Assembly (NCBI GenBank): GCA_027923505.1
Contig: BROI01000037.1
Span: 185,490-205,489 of the forward strand
Source: Mayamaea pseudoterrestris
Lineage: Eukaryota
Direction of reading: 5' to 3'
Length of the DNA: 20,000 nucleotides
In this document: positions 8,426 through 17,900 of the stretch, piece after piece
Numbering within the stretch: position 1 is the stretch's first letter
Layout: the number at the start of each line of letters is the position of its first letter
Translations under genes and position numbers: made by a program
The notes under the pieces: generated by a model
Told to the model about the DNA's origin: nothing
Databases searched by the model: none
The model's input: only the letters and a program-made list of their open reading frames with translations

Positions 8426-10090
8426 AAGGAAGCTGGCCATACCAAGTGGACTGATGCGGAGCAAGTTGAAATTGACAATCTATTTGAGTACGATACGTTT
8501 AAAGACCTCGGTAAAGGCGACAAGCAACCGAAGGGGCATCAAAAGATCCGCACCATTTGGGTCTACGATTGCAAACATGACTTTCGCCATCGAGCAAGGA
8601 TGGTGGCTGGAGGGCACTTGACGCCCGAGGCAGACGATGCTTACTCGAGCGTCGTATCATTGGAGATTATGCGCTACGCGTTGGTGATTGGAGAGCTGAA
8701 TGGACTCAAGCCCATGGTCGGCGACATCGGCAATGCGTATCTCGAGGCGTACACTAAAGAGAAAGTTTATTTCGTCGCTGGTCCTGAGTTCGGCCATCTT
8801 GAAGGGCATTCCCTGCTCATTGTCAAAGCTCTATACGGTCTGCGAACTAGCGGAGCTCGTTTCCATGAGCGTCTAGCCGATGCTCTGCGTGACGAAGGAT
8901 TCAAACCTTCGCTGGCGGATCCCGACCTGTGGTTGCGAGACACTGGCGATTGCTACGAGTATATATGCGTCTGGGTTGACGACTTGCTTGCCATTCTGAA
9001 GGATCCAGAGGCGTTTTACGAGGCGCTGCGCAGCAAGTATCAGTTCAAATTGAAAGGCGTCGGGCAACCCGAGTATCATCTTGGAGGCAACTTCGGTCGC
9101 GATCCTGATGGTACGCTCTATTGGGGAGCTCGCACGTACGTTGAAAAGCTTCTCGGCAATTACGAGCGCATGTTTGGCGGTCCTCCAAAGAAGTATTCTT
9201 CGCCGCTCGACAAGGACGACCATCCTGAGTTGGATCAGTCGCCATTACTGCGCGCTGATGGAGTCAAGATGTATCAATCGCTCGTCGGAGCGCTGCAGTG
9301 GGCAATTACTTTGGCACGATTCGATATCGCATGCGGAGTTGCTTGCTTATCTCGCTTTCGAGCGGAGCCTCGTGAGGGGCATCTTGATCGAGTCAAGCGC
9401 GTTTGTGGCTACTTGCGTAATCATCCTGACGCTGCGATTCGCTTCCGAGTTAACTGGCCTGAAAACGAGGCAATCTTTGGAGAGCAACCCGAGTTTGATT
9501 GGATGTATAGCGTCTACGGGGAGCCCGCGGAGGATGAGCTTGCTTTATATCCTCCACCAAAGGGAAGAATGGTGCGTCTGACGACATGGAAAGACGCCAA
9601 TTTAATGCACTGCAAAGTAACTGGCAAATCTTGCAGCGGCATTCTTCATTTCATTAACCAAACGCCCGTCAAGTGGTTCTCCAAGTTACAAGATACAGTG
9701 GAGGCGGCAACGTTTGGATCTGAGTCAATGAGTGGACGCATTGCTACCGACCATATCATCGGGATGCGCGCGTCGCTCAAGGCGATGGGTGTGCCTATAG
9801 AGAAGACCAGCTGGATGCTTGGAGACAACCAGTCGGTAATCACTCAAAGCACAATCCCTAGCTCAACACTTACAAAGCGTCACAATGCTCTGGCCTACCA
9901 TCGGATTCGCTGGGCGGTGGCGACTAAGGTAATCAAGTTCGTCAAGGTCGACGGTAAGGAAAACGTCGCAGACCCTCTGACCAAGTACATGAATTACACT
10001 GAGTCAATGCCTTTGATCAAGCCTCTGTTATTCTGGAGAGGAGAGACTTTGATTGAAGGAGATTTGGGAGCTGGCAGCCGATCTGCTTAA
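8426..10090 (+). CDS. Reverse transcriptase plus RNase H of element 1
   Basis: KWTDAEQVEIDNL...WVYDCKHDFRHRARMVAGGH, GDIGNAYL, KALYGLRTSG, WVDDLL; RNase H KDANL...TFGSE...LGDNQ...NVADPLTK. The frame is open upstream of the ORF-track ATG at 8600. Confidence 0.93.
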   Translation, partial: KEAGHTKWTDAEQVEIDNLFEYDTFKDLGKGDKQPKGHQKIRTIWVYDCKHDFRHRARMVAGGHLTPEADDAYSSVVSLEIMRYALVIGELNGLKPMVGDIGNAYLEAYTKEKVYFVAGPEFGHLEGHSLLIVKALYGLRTSGARFHERLADALRDEGFKPSLADPDLWLRDTGDCYEYICVWVDDLLAILKDPEAFYEALRSKYQFKLKGVGQPEYHLGGNFGRDPDGTLYWGARTYVEKLLGNYERMFGGPPKKYSSPLDKDDHPELDQSPLLRADGVKMYQSLVGALQWAITLARFDIACGVACLSRFRAEPREGHLDRVKRVCGYLRNHPDAAIRFRVNWPENEAIFGEQPEFDWMYSVYGEPAEDELALYPPPKGRMVRLTTWKDANLMHCKVTGKSCSGILHFINQTPVKWFSKLQDTVEAATFGSESMSGRIATDHIIGMRASLKAMGVPIEKTSWMLGDNQSVITQSTIPSSTLTKRHNALAYHRIRWAVATKVIKFVKVDGKENVADPLTKYMNYTESMPLIKPLLFWRGETLIEGDLGAGSRSA

Positions 10091-10096
10091 GCGGAG
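10089..10096 (+). promoter_or_regulatory. Putative short polypurine tract AAGCGGAG
   Basis: Purine-rich 8-mer abutting the 3' LTR and overlapping the pol stop codon. Confidence 0.55.
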
Positions 10097-10450
10097 TGTC
10101 AGCCGATTACATGATTGAATACTCGAATGCTCTTGTCGCATGCGACATGAGCTATACATCAATACCTGGCTCGTGTGTGAATCGCCTGTTAATTAAGGAC
10201 GATCGCCTGTTGGATCTATTCAACGGGAGCACATGGACAGTTACATACAAAATTAGCGGACGCTACAGGATTAGCAGACTGTAGCGGGTAACTCACTTTC
10301 TATAGTATCACGTTGTTTTACCGACGTTGTAGATTGTGCCTCTTGCAATACGAGAGCAGTAAAGGAGAAGTGCACATCTCTGGTCTGCTTAAGGATTGTA
10401 CAGAGGATTGAAGACCACTGTCGAGCATCTTGCAAAGAGGCCGTGTGACA
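10097..10450 (+). repeat. 3' LTR of element 1 (354 bp)
   Basis: Direct repeat of 3580-3933, preceded by a short purine-rich tract and followed by TSD AAGCT. Confidence 0.97.
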
Positions 10451-13124
10451 AAGCTGCCTCCAACGCGCTCATAACGGCAGCCTTCTTCTCGTCCTCCGAA
10501 GCATACTCTCGTGACAGCAAGTCCTTCAAATTGATCTGACGCAAACGCTTTACAAATGCAGTGTCAGCCGCGACAGACTCGGCTTGATCATGATCGTCGA
10601 CGGCGTAGCCGCTATTGACAACGCTGCTGGGACTGCTTTCCGACGACTGCCGTTTCTTTGTGTATTGAAAATTCTCCAACTCTTTCGCCTTAATTTTAGC
10701 GTCTTCAATCACCACAGAAGGTACGTTGGCCATTTTAGCAACTTGAATGCCAAAGCTTTCAAGGCACGGACCTGGTTTGACTTCGTAAAGAAAGGTCAAG
10801 CCATGATCACCCTTCTTCGCAGTAACATGATAGTTCTTGACAACATGCTTACAATCTTCGAGTGCCGTCAGCTCGTGAAAGTGTGTCGTAAACACCGTCA
10901 TGCAGCCAATCGTGTCGACTATGTATTCACTAATCGCTCGCGCCAAACCATATCCGTCGAAAGTTGACGTTCCTCGTCCAAGCTCATCAATCATGATCAA
11001 ACTTCGCTTGGTCGCGCGACGTAAAATAGATGACGACTCAAGCATTTCAGCCATAAAGGTGCTGATTCCGCGTTCCTGCAAGTCACCCGCACCAACGCGG
11101 GCCAAAATGTCGTGGCAAATGTTCATTTTGGCAGATGCGCACGGCACATACGCGCCAACTTGTGCGAGCGCAACAATGGCACCGAGCGAGCGAATATAGA
11201 CGGATTTTCCGCCCATATTTGGTCCTGTAATGAGCAGAAAGGACTGCTCACCGTATACAAGGCGAATGTCGTTGGGGATAAAGTCGACGCCGTCCTGGAG
11301 CTCGACGCACGGGTGGCGGGCCGCTTTCAAAACAATGCCAGTTCCGTCGTCCTCATTGTCCGTCAATTCCGGTCGAACGTAGTTACTGTATGCTGCAATA
11401 TGGGAAAAGCCAACAATAACATCCAAAGTCGCGACCAGTTGACTGGCATGAGACAGCACGTCGACATAGCTGGCCGCCGCCTGCATGGCTTGCATGGCTA
11501 GTTGGCGCTGGTACTTGTCATACTCATTTTTCAAATCTTGCTTGCGACTTGCTAGTCCACGAAGTTCCTTGGTTGTAAAGTAGACTCCATTCTTCAAGAT
11601 TCGCGAAACCTGGACGCGAATCTGCGTCGTTGCCTCGAGCAGCTTCAAGTCATTGGCATCGGCGAGTCGAAACTGAAACTCACCATCATTCGAGTTTCGG
11701 TCCAACTTGACGGCGTTTCGCTTTCCCGAAATGTTTGCCCAGGTTTCGTTCATTTGCTCCAAGCATTCCTGCACCTGCGTTTCCAATTCATTCAGCTCGT
11801 CATACACTTGCTCCAGCTCCGGCTTGTAGCCGGGTCGAAGTCGATATTCGCGGGGAGCAGCGTCCAAGTCAACAACATCTTCGGCTAGCTGACTCGCAAG
11901 AACCAAATCTTGTTCACACTGCTCAAGGCCATGCAGCAGCGTTACGAGCAGACTGGGCGGCACAGCAGTTTCATCGTTGTGAGAATGATGTAACGTCGAC
12001 GGATCGTCCGATAATGCCACTTGCAAGCGATCCCGGAGCAATGGAACTCGTTGTGATGCCACTAGCCAAAGTTTGTACATGGCCTGCAGCGCCTTGGTCG
12101 TTGGCCCCAACGGCATGCTCGCGCCAATGTCATTGACGCTTCCATCATGCACTGACGACGCCGCATCACTATCAATCTCATCATCAATACTAGTATACAT
12201 TTCCAGCTGCTTGGCCAAGCCATCCAGATCAATGGCAGCAAATCCCGCCAAACCTTCCTGTTTGAGTGCATCGCGCGCAATGTTTCGCTGCAGCAACCAC
12301 GCCACCGCCTCCTGTCGCTCCAGTATTTGCTCCAACTGCACCAGCGGCTGCTGCAACCACGTGGCCAGTCGCAGCTTGCCCACGTGCGTCTGCAGTGGCT
12401 GTCTCAACAATCCAAAGAGACTCGCGTTGCTCGCGCTGCTGAAAGCTCCCACTTGATCGGCAATGTGCGACGGCGGCCATAAATGAATGGCTTCGCACGC
12501 CGTCTTGTCGAGTGACAGAAACGACGGCAGTTTGCCCACGTCAATCTCCAGCGCCAGTGACGACTGCTCCGTTTGCGTCGCGCTGAAATAGAATTCGAGA
12601 CTAGTCGAAAGGTGCGTCGTTTCCGACGAGTGCAGCAAGGATGACAAATCGGAGTGCGCGCCAACGGAGAGGGCGGCTTGGCGCGACAAGCGATGCGCCA
12701 AGGTTTGCGACAAGTTGCATTTGCTTTTGGGTAGTGTTTCGTGGAAGCGAATCGTCACGTCGAGAGCAGGTGGTCCGTCGATGGCTTGCATGCTGTCATT
12801 GTTTTCGTCATTGTCTTGCGATTGCGTAACGAGTATTTGCTGCAACACTTGCTCGAGCGCTCCCAACGCTCGCTGCTTGACTTGCTTCTCGGCTGCAACG
12901 TGAATGCATGAAACGTCAAAATCTGCTTGCTGCAACAGTGCCTGAAGATGAGTGTAGGCCGCTGGATGATCAATGAAGGAGTAGCATCGCAAGGACTGCG
13001 TGGACGAATTCACTGCGGAATCACATTCGCGCCAAAGCGTCAGCTGGACGGCATGGGCGCAGTTTGGATCGGTCATTCCCGATAAGGACTTGTAGCGGGA
13101 GACGTAGAGTGTAACTGCTGTCAT
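10389..13124 (-). CDS. MSH2: DNA mismatch repair protein MSH2, with a 20-aa LTR-derived C-terminal extension
   Basis: TGPNMGGKS Walker A, RVGAGDLQERGISTFMAEMLE, IDELGRGTSTFDGYGLARAISEYI, THFHELT, SFGIQVA and KNGVYFTT all match the MSH2 subfamily. The likely start is the ATG at 13124 (alternative 13202). The stop TAA lies inside the LTR. Confidence 0.93.
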   Translation of the reverse strand: MTAVTLYVSRYKSLSGMTDPNCAHAVQLTLWRECDSAVNSSTQSLRCYSFIDHPAAYTHLQALLQQADFDVSCIHVAAEKQVKQRALGALEQVLQQILVTQSQDNDENNDSMQAIDGPPALDVTIRFHETLPKSKCNLSQTLAHRLSRQAALSVGAHSDLSSLLHSSETTHLSTSLEFYFSATQTEQSSLALEIDVGKLPSFLSLDKTACEAIHLWPPSHIADQVGAFSSASNASLFGLLRQPLQTHVGKLRLATWLQQPLVQLEQILERQEAVAWLLQRNIARDALKQEGLAGFAAIDLDGLAKQLEMYTSIDDEIDSDAASSVHDGSVNDIGASMPLGPTTKALQAMYKLWLVASQRVPLLRDRLQVALSDDPSTLHHSHNDETAVPPSLLVTLLHGLEQCEQDLVLASQLAEDVVDLDAAPREYRLRPGYKPELEQVYDELNELETQVQECLEQMNETWANISGKRNAVKLDRNSNDGEFQFRLADANDLKLLEATTQIRVQVSRILKNGVYFTTKELRGLASRKQDLKNEYDKYQRQLAMQAMQAAASYVDVLSHASQLVATLDVIVGFSHIAAYSNYVRPELTDNEDDGTGIVLKAARHPCVELQDGVDFIPNDIRLVYGEQSFLLITGPNMGGKSVYIRSLGAIVALAQVGAYVPCASAKMNICHDILARVGAGDLQERGISTFMAEMLESSSILRRATKRSLIMIDELGRGTSTFDGYGLARAISEYIVDTIGCMTVFTTHFHELTALEDCKHVVKNYHVTAKKGDHGLTFLYEVKPGPCLESFGIQVAKMANVPSVVIEDAKIKAKELENFQYTKKRQSSESSPSSVVNSGYAVDDHDQAESVAADTAFVKRLRQINLKDLLSREYASEDEKKAAVMSALEAALSHGLFARCSTVVFNPLYNP

Positions 13125-13592
13125 GATGATGAAGTTGGTACAGACAAAATGGAGGTGCAAGGATGCTAACTGTGGCTCGCAGTTTTTGCATTCTTGCATC
13201 ATTGCATTGGATGAGGCGAATGAACGGAAACCGCTACGACAGCTTCAGCTATCGCGACATTATTACCCTCCTCCTATCCACTACTATCATTCACCGCATC
13301 GCTCCCAGCCACCCGACTGGCATGAGTCTCTTTGTACGTTGAACTGTTTGTCTCGAGTGTCTGCTGTAGTACTGTACAGTACCTTGGGGCGGGCTTTTGA
13401 ACCATCAGAATATTCGCTTGCTTTTACATCAATCATTCTACGATAGACTTTTCAAACCTTTTGCCGTTGCATTCCAACGTGAATCACGTCTTTTCAAGTC
13501 CGACCCCGGCCTCTCGGTGCTTTGCTGTGCGCTTGTTTTTGTTTTGCCTAACTGTAACTTTCATCAAAATAAAATCATCAAGGTACTTCACC

Positions 13593-13973
13593 ATGAACAA
13601 TGCCAAATTCGCTAGTTTTAATCGGATTCCTGTCATACTCGTCTTGGCAAGCTTTTTTGTTTTCAACATCTTCCGACACCTAGAGTCCATGAATTTGTAC
13701 ACGCCTGCAGTATCTATCATGCAAATGGCGCGAAACAGTTCTTCCTGTCCAGAGATTGCTCCAGAGGTTGTTCCAGTCTTTTACAATCTCTTTGTCGCGA
13801 ATGAAAGCGATAGCACGCGAGTTCGACAACTCGTCGATGAGCAATTTTCCAATCTTTTACCTGAGCATCAAGTGTATATGCACTCAATTGGATATCCACT
13901 GGACATCCCCAATACAACCATGCTGCAGCATCATGAACAAGGTGATGAGGTGCTGACGCTTCATTCACTATGA
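13593..13973 (+). pseudogene. Apparently truncated gene for a signal-anchored/secreted protein of unknown function
   Basis: ATG at 13593 and a hydrophobic segment IPVILVLASFFVFNIF. The globular-looking sequence stops abruptly at GDEVLTLHSL-TGA, where that TGA starts a candidate insertion (TGAGT). Confidence 0.5.
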
Positions 13974-14420
13974 GTTAAAGGTCGTTGCGGTTCTCAGTGC
14001 GACACCTTTCAGCCACTCATCTCGTTCCACATAATCAAGCCATCGCCATGGGAATCCTCCTCATTCATGTACTTGAACTTGCAGCGTATCGGGCCTTTCT
14101 TTGGATGCAAGTTGAATGTACCTTGAGGTGAATCTGAGCTGGAGCATACGTGGCTTTCTTCGCTCCTTTGGATTGCAATTGTTTGCTCAGTCTCAGTGTT
14201 CTTTCACCGACCCACACCACATCTAATTCACACCTACTAGTAAAGCGACTTTCACCCAACTACAGTCTTTGTACTTTAGAGACTATTGTATCCATATAAA
14301 GCAGTAAGATGTCACAATGACGATCTAGTCCAGTCGCTTGACGCGAACCTAGACGTCGCCGGGGGCGCACGAGCATAGTACTCGAACCTCCGTTGCGGTA
14401 CCAGAAAAGACATCTACTCA
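13971..14420. mobile_element. Candidate solo LTR or other insertion (450 bp)
   Basis: Ends TGAGT...ACTCA form a 5-bp inverted repeat with TG..CA. Flanks CACTA and CAACTA are a TSD with one indel. No convincing ORF; TATAAA at about 14295. Confidence 0.35.
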
Positions 14421-14448
14421 CAACTACGTCATTGAAATATTGCATGTG

Positions 14449-14710
14449 TGCCAGCCGCAGGCACGATTAAACAAGATTAGTATTCACTATCGTGAATGGT
14501 CTTGAAAGAGCCATCTGATCAATCGCTCTTTCTCGACCGATCGTAAATCAACTCACTTTCTAGAGAACTGCTTAATCAACTAGTGTTTTGTAGGATAAGA
14601 CCCCTGTAGGATAAACCAAGGTAAAGGACTGATCATCCCGCTCACTTGGAAACCGACTACAGAGGGTGAGGAATCGTTGCAGCCGTACGAACTGGAACTG
14701 CATCGTGTCA
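14449..14710 (+). repeat. Putative 5' LTR of element 2 (3' end well supported; start 14449 preferred, 14318 alternative)
   Basis: Ends CGTGTCA directly before the PBS-like motif. AACTCACTTTCTA ends 148 bp before the LTR end, as in element 1. The start TGCCAGCCGCAGGCACGATTAAA matches the element 1 LTR start at 16/23 positions, ungapped. Confidence 0.6.
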
Positions 14711-14951
14711 GATCACACAGTCTTGGTCTTTACAATCAACCTCGGCGCTGGTGACGTCACTCCCGTCGTTTCGTTGCACACTACATTGGCAGCGGACATC
14801 CCTCGTTCATTTCCTGTCGAGGCTTCAATCTACACTAGTCCGGTAGACGGAGGGATTGAAGACCGAAGTCGATTGCAAGCATCGCTTCGGATAGAATCGA
14901 CTTCCTCGATTATTCGCGATATATCTCATCCTGTACCAATCAATCAACAAC

Positions 14952-17900
14952 ATGACCGTCGTCGAAGATGATCCTCCCGACGGACCCAATGTCACGCAAG
15001 ATGACGCGGAAGACAACTCGCTCGCCGTCGGATTGAAAAGCATGTACAAGCAGAAGACCGTCAACAACGACAAGTTCATGAAGCTTCCAGTCATCGTCGC
15101 CATCAAGTCACTCCTCCCGGACGGACGTCTACTCACGGAGCCATTCCTAATGCTGACCATCAAGGACATCGAGTCGGTACTGAAGGAATCCAAAACGCAC
15201 ATCACGGTTATTCGAACCATCACCCCTCGTCAATGGGCACGGAAGAGCGCGAACTCAAGGAATGGGCGACGCTCGTCGCAGGACTCATCAAAGCGACCGA
15301 ATCGCCCGAAGAGTCTCTATTCCAAAGCGACATGAGTCGGATTCAACCGAGTCAGCCACGGACGTTCCCGGAAGTCCGAGGCCGAGAAGTACAAATCTCG
15401 CGTCCGAGTAGACACCAAAGCATACAACGAGTTCAAAGACGAGTACAAATTCTGTCAATGGTGGCTCAAAATGTTCACAACGGCCAGAACCAAGGCATCG
15501 AGCGAGTCTTCGATCCGGATTTCAACCGACAACGCCGCTCGAAGATCTCGAGGTATTCAAAGCGCAAGAAGCCACAGCATTCGACATCATCACTTCATAC
15601 TGCAAAGTCGCCAACTGCATCCCGATCATTCGCTGCCACAAGGACGGGTCGGCCCACAGTGATTATAGGAAATGCACACGATGTAATTGGACGGGCAAGA
15701 ACGCCGAACGCGCAGCGCAGCGAGTCAAGAGTTCCGCGACATGAAACTGACGAACGACCACGGCAGTACGTACACTCGTGGTTCACTCAATGGGAGAATG
15801 CCTTGCTCGATACGAAGATTATACTGGCGAAACAGTCCCCGACGCGACGCGCAAGAAGTGGTTGTCCGAATCGGTTCGCTGGAATGACGCCCTTTCGCCA
15901 AGAAATTCGGCGAGTCGTATCCTCAACGCGCAAGGTCAAGATCAAAGCTTCGAAGACTGGTACAAGCAGCTCATCGAGTTCGGCTCGCGATACCGACGAC
16001 GTCAAAGCGACACGCCAAACGCCAAATGAAGATCCACCAATCCATCCAACAAGCGAGTACTACTGACCGGAGGCACTACACCGACTAGCGGCAACACTCA
16101 AAGCAGCAGCCACGGCGGAAACGGTCGTGGAAATGGCAGCGGACGTGGAACGGTCGCGGTTCTGGACGCGGTGAAAGCGCGGCCGAGGTAACCGGACGAG
16201 GTGGTGGACACGGACAGTGCACCAATCCTTCTGCAGCATCGAACCGTCGAGTCGAGCCGGATGTATGGTTCTCTTGGACGGAGGAGCAACGCGAAGCTCA
16301 TAAGGCAGAAACTCCCGAATCCGGGAAGCGGAACGTGCGCGCCTGCAGCTGAACGCCAAGCCCAAGCCAGCACGAACAACACTAATACACCACCAACTCC
16401 ACAAATTCAGCTTCCACCGGCGAGTACGACGGCGATGTCAGCCATGTCGGCGATTACTCAGCCTACAGTCGAACTACACCAGCACGTGGAACCGCCATGC
16501 GCGCGTTTCAGTCTCAGCAACAAGGCTCGATCGCTCAAGGAAGCCAGCCATCTACTCCACCAGTGTATCAAGCACGAGTTGGCGACGTTACATACAACAT
16601 GTATCGATGCCAACGCAACTAACGTCACGCGTCGTTCTACAAACCTATGCGCTACACATAACGTTATCCTACGCAGATGCGCTTTATGGGTATGAATACT
16701 CCGGCAACCGAAGGGCCACACACGTCACAGTTCCATGTCACTGGTCCATTACGTCCCGAAGCCCGTCCATGATGGATCGCGGTGCCAACGGTTCGTCGCT
16801 GGAGGAGATGATTTGCTTGGATCGTCGACGACCAGTTTGCAGACGTTACCGGAATTGACAATCACATGGCAAGGACTACCCCGGAACATTCGCCGCCAAG
16901 ATCTGGACGACGGAAGGGTACGTCATTGGCATTTTCTACCAGTACGCCGACGGAGGAACCGACGCAACCATTCCTCGGTCGTTCAGCTCGAGGACTTCGG
17001 AAACAAGGTATTCGAGCAAGGCAAGCGCACTTGGCGGACGGCAGCTCATGTACACCCGAAGGAGCATTGATCCCATTCACGGTCCAGAACGGTTTGGTCC
17101 ATTTGAAGATGCATCATTTCACCGACGCCCGAGTTCGACACGTTGCCGCACGTCGTCATGACAGCAGACACGCCTTGGGATCCGTCAATCGATGGAGACC
17201 TTAATGACAGTCGATCCAAGCGGAAATTGAAACCACGCGACGGACGATCACGGCGCCAACACTACTAGTCAACAACACCAAGTCAACGGAAACGCGCAAG
17301 ACGAATATCCCGAAGACCTTTCAGTCAAAACACTCAACGTCGTCTCATGGAACGGATTCCGAAACCCACGAATGGGAGCACTTCAGCGACGAGTCGGACC
17401 CTATACAAGTCGAAACCGGGTCCATCCGAGCGCGTTGAGCCGACATTGTACCCGACGACGCTTCTTACAACACGAACCCACAACAGGACGACATTTCACT
17501 ACCCTCACTACTTTCACGCGGAACCATATCGACATCCGGATCAAGCCATGCTCCGAATCCCAACGACGCAACGTTCGAATCTGAAGACATTGCCGGGAAA
17601 TGCGATCCGTACGAGCTGCAGGTCAATGCCGCAATTGTAGAAGCTGGAGGCAATCCATATTCTGGACTAGCCGGCCGACCAGCGCACGCTGTGGTTCCTA
17701 CGCGACCAGATTACCAAATGCTCCGTCCCAACTTGATTTCTACCCACCGATCCGTATCAAAGAGACTCTCAAGAACACTACCCAATTCTATCACGCCGAG
17801 CAACGTTTTCCTCAGCGACGCCATTTGCGTACTTCGTTTCCCGGTGCGAATGTTTCCGACTACCTGAAGAAGTTGCAATGGACACACTATTCTCCGACAC

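Larger units (their letters stand above)
3580..10450 (+). mobile_element. Full-length Ty1/copia (CoDi-like) LTR retrotransposon, element 1 (6,871 bp)
   Basis: Two 354-bp LTRs (TGTCA...TGACA), TSD AAGCT at 3575-3579 and 10451-10455, and domain order Gag-PR-IN-RT-RH. Confidence 0.97.

Noticed and set aside
10584..12973. Overlapping ORFs of 60-133 aa within MSH2
   Set aside because: Shadow frames of a long coding sequence with no recognisable domains.
15233..16066. 277-aa ORF as an independent gene
   Set aside because: A mostly out-of-frame mosaic of the frameshifted element 2 gag.
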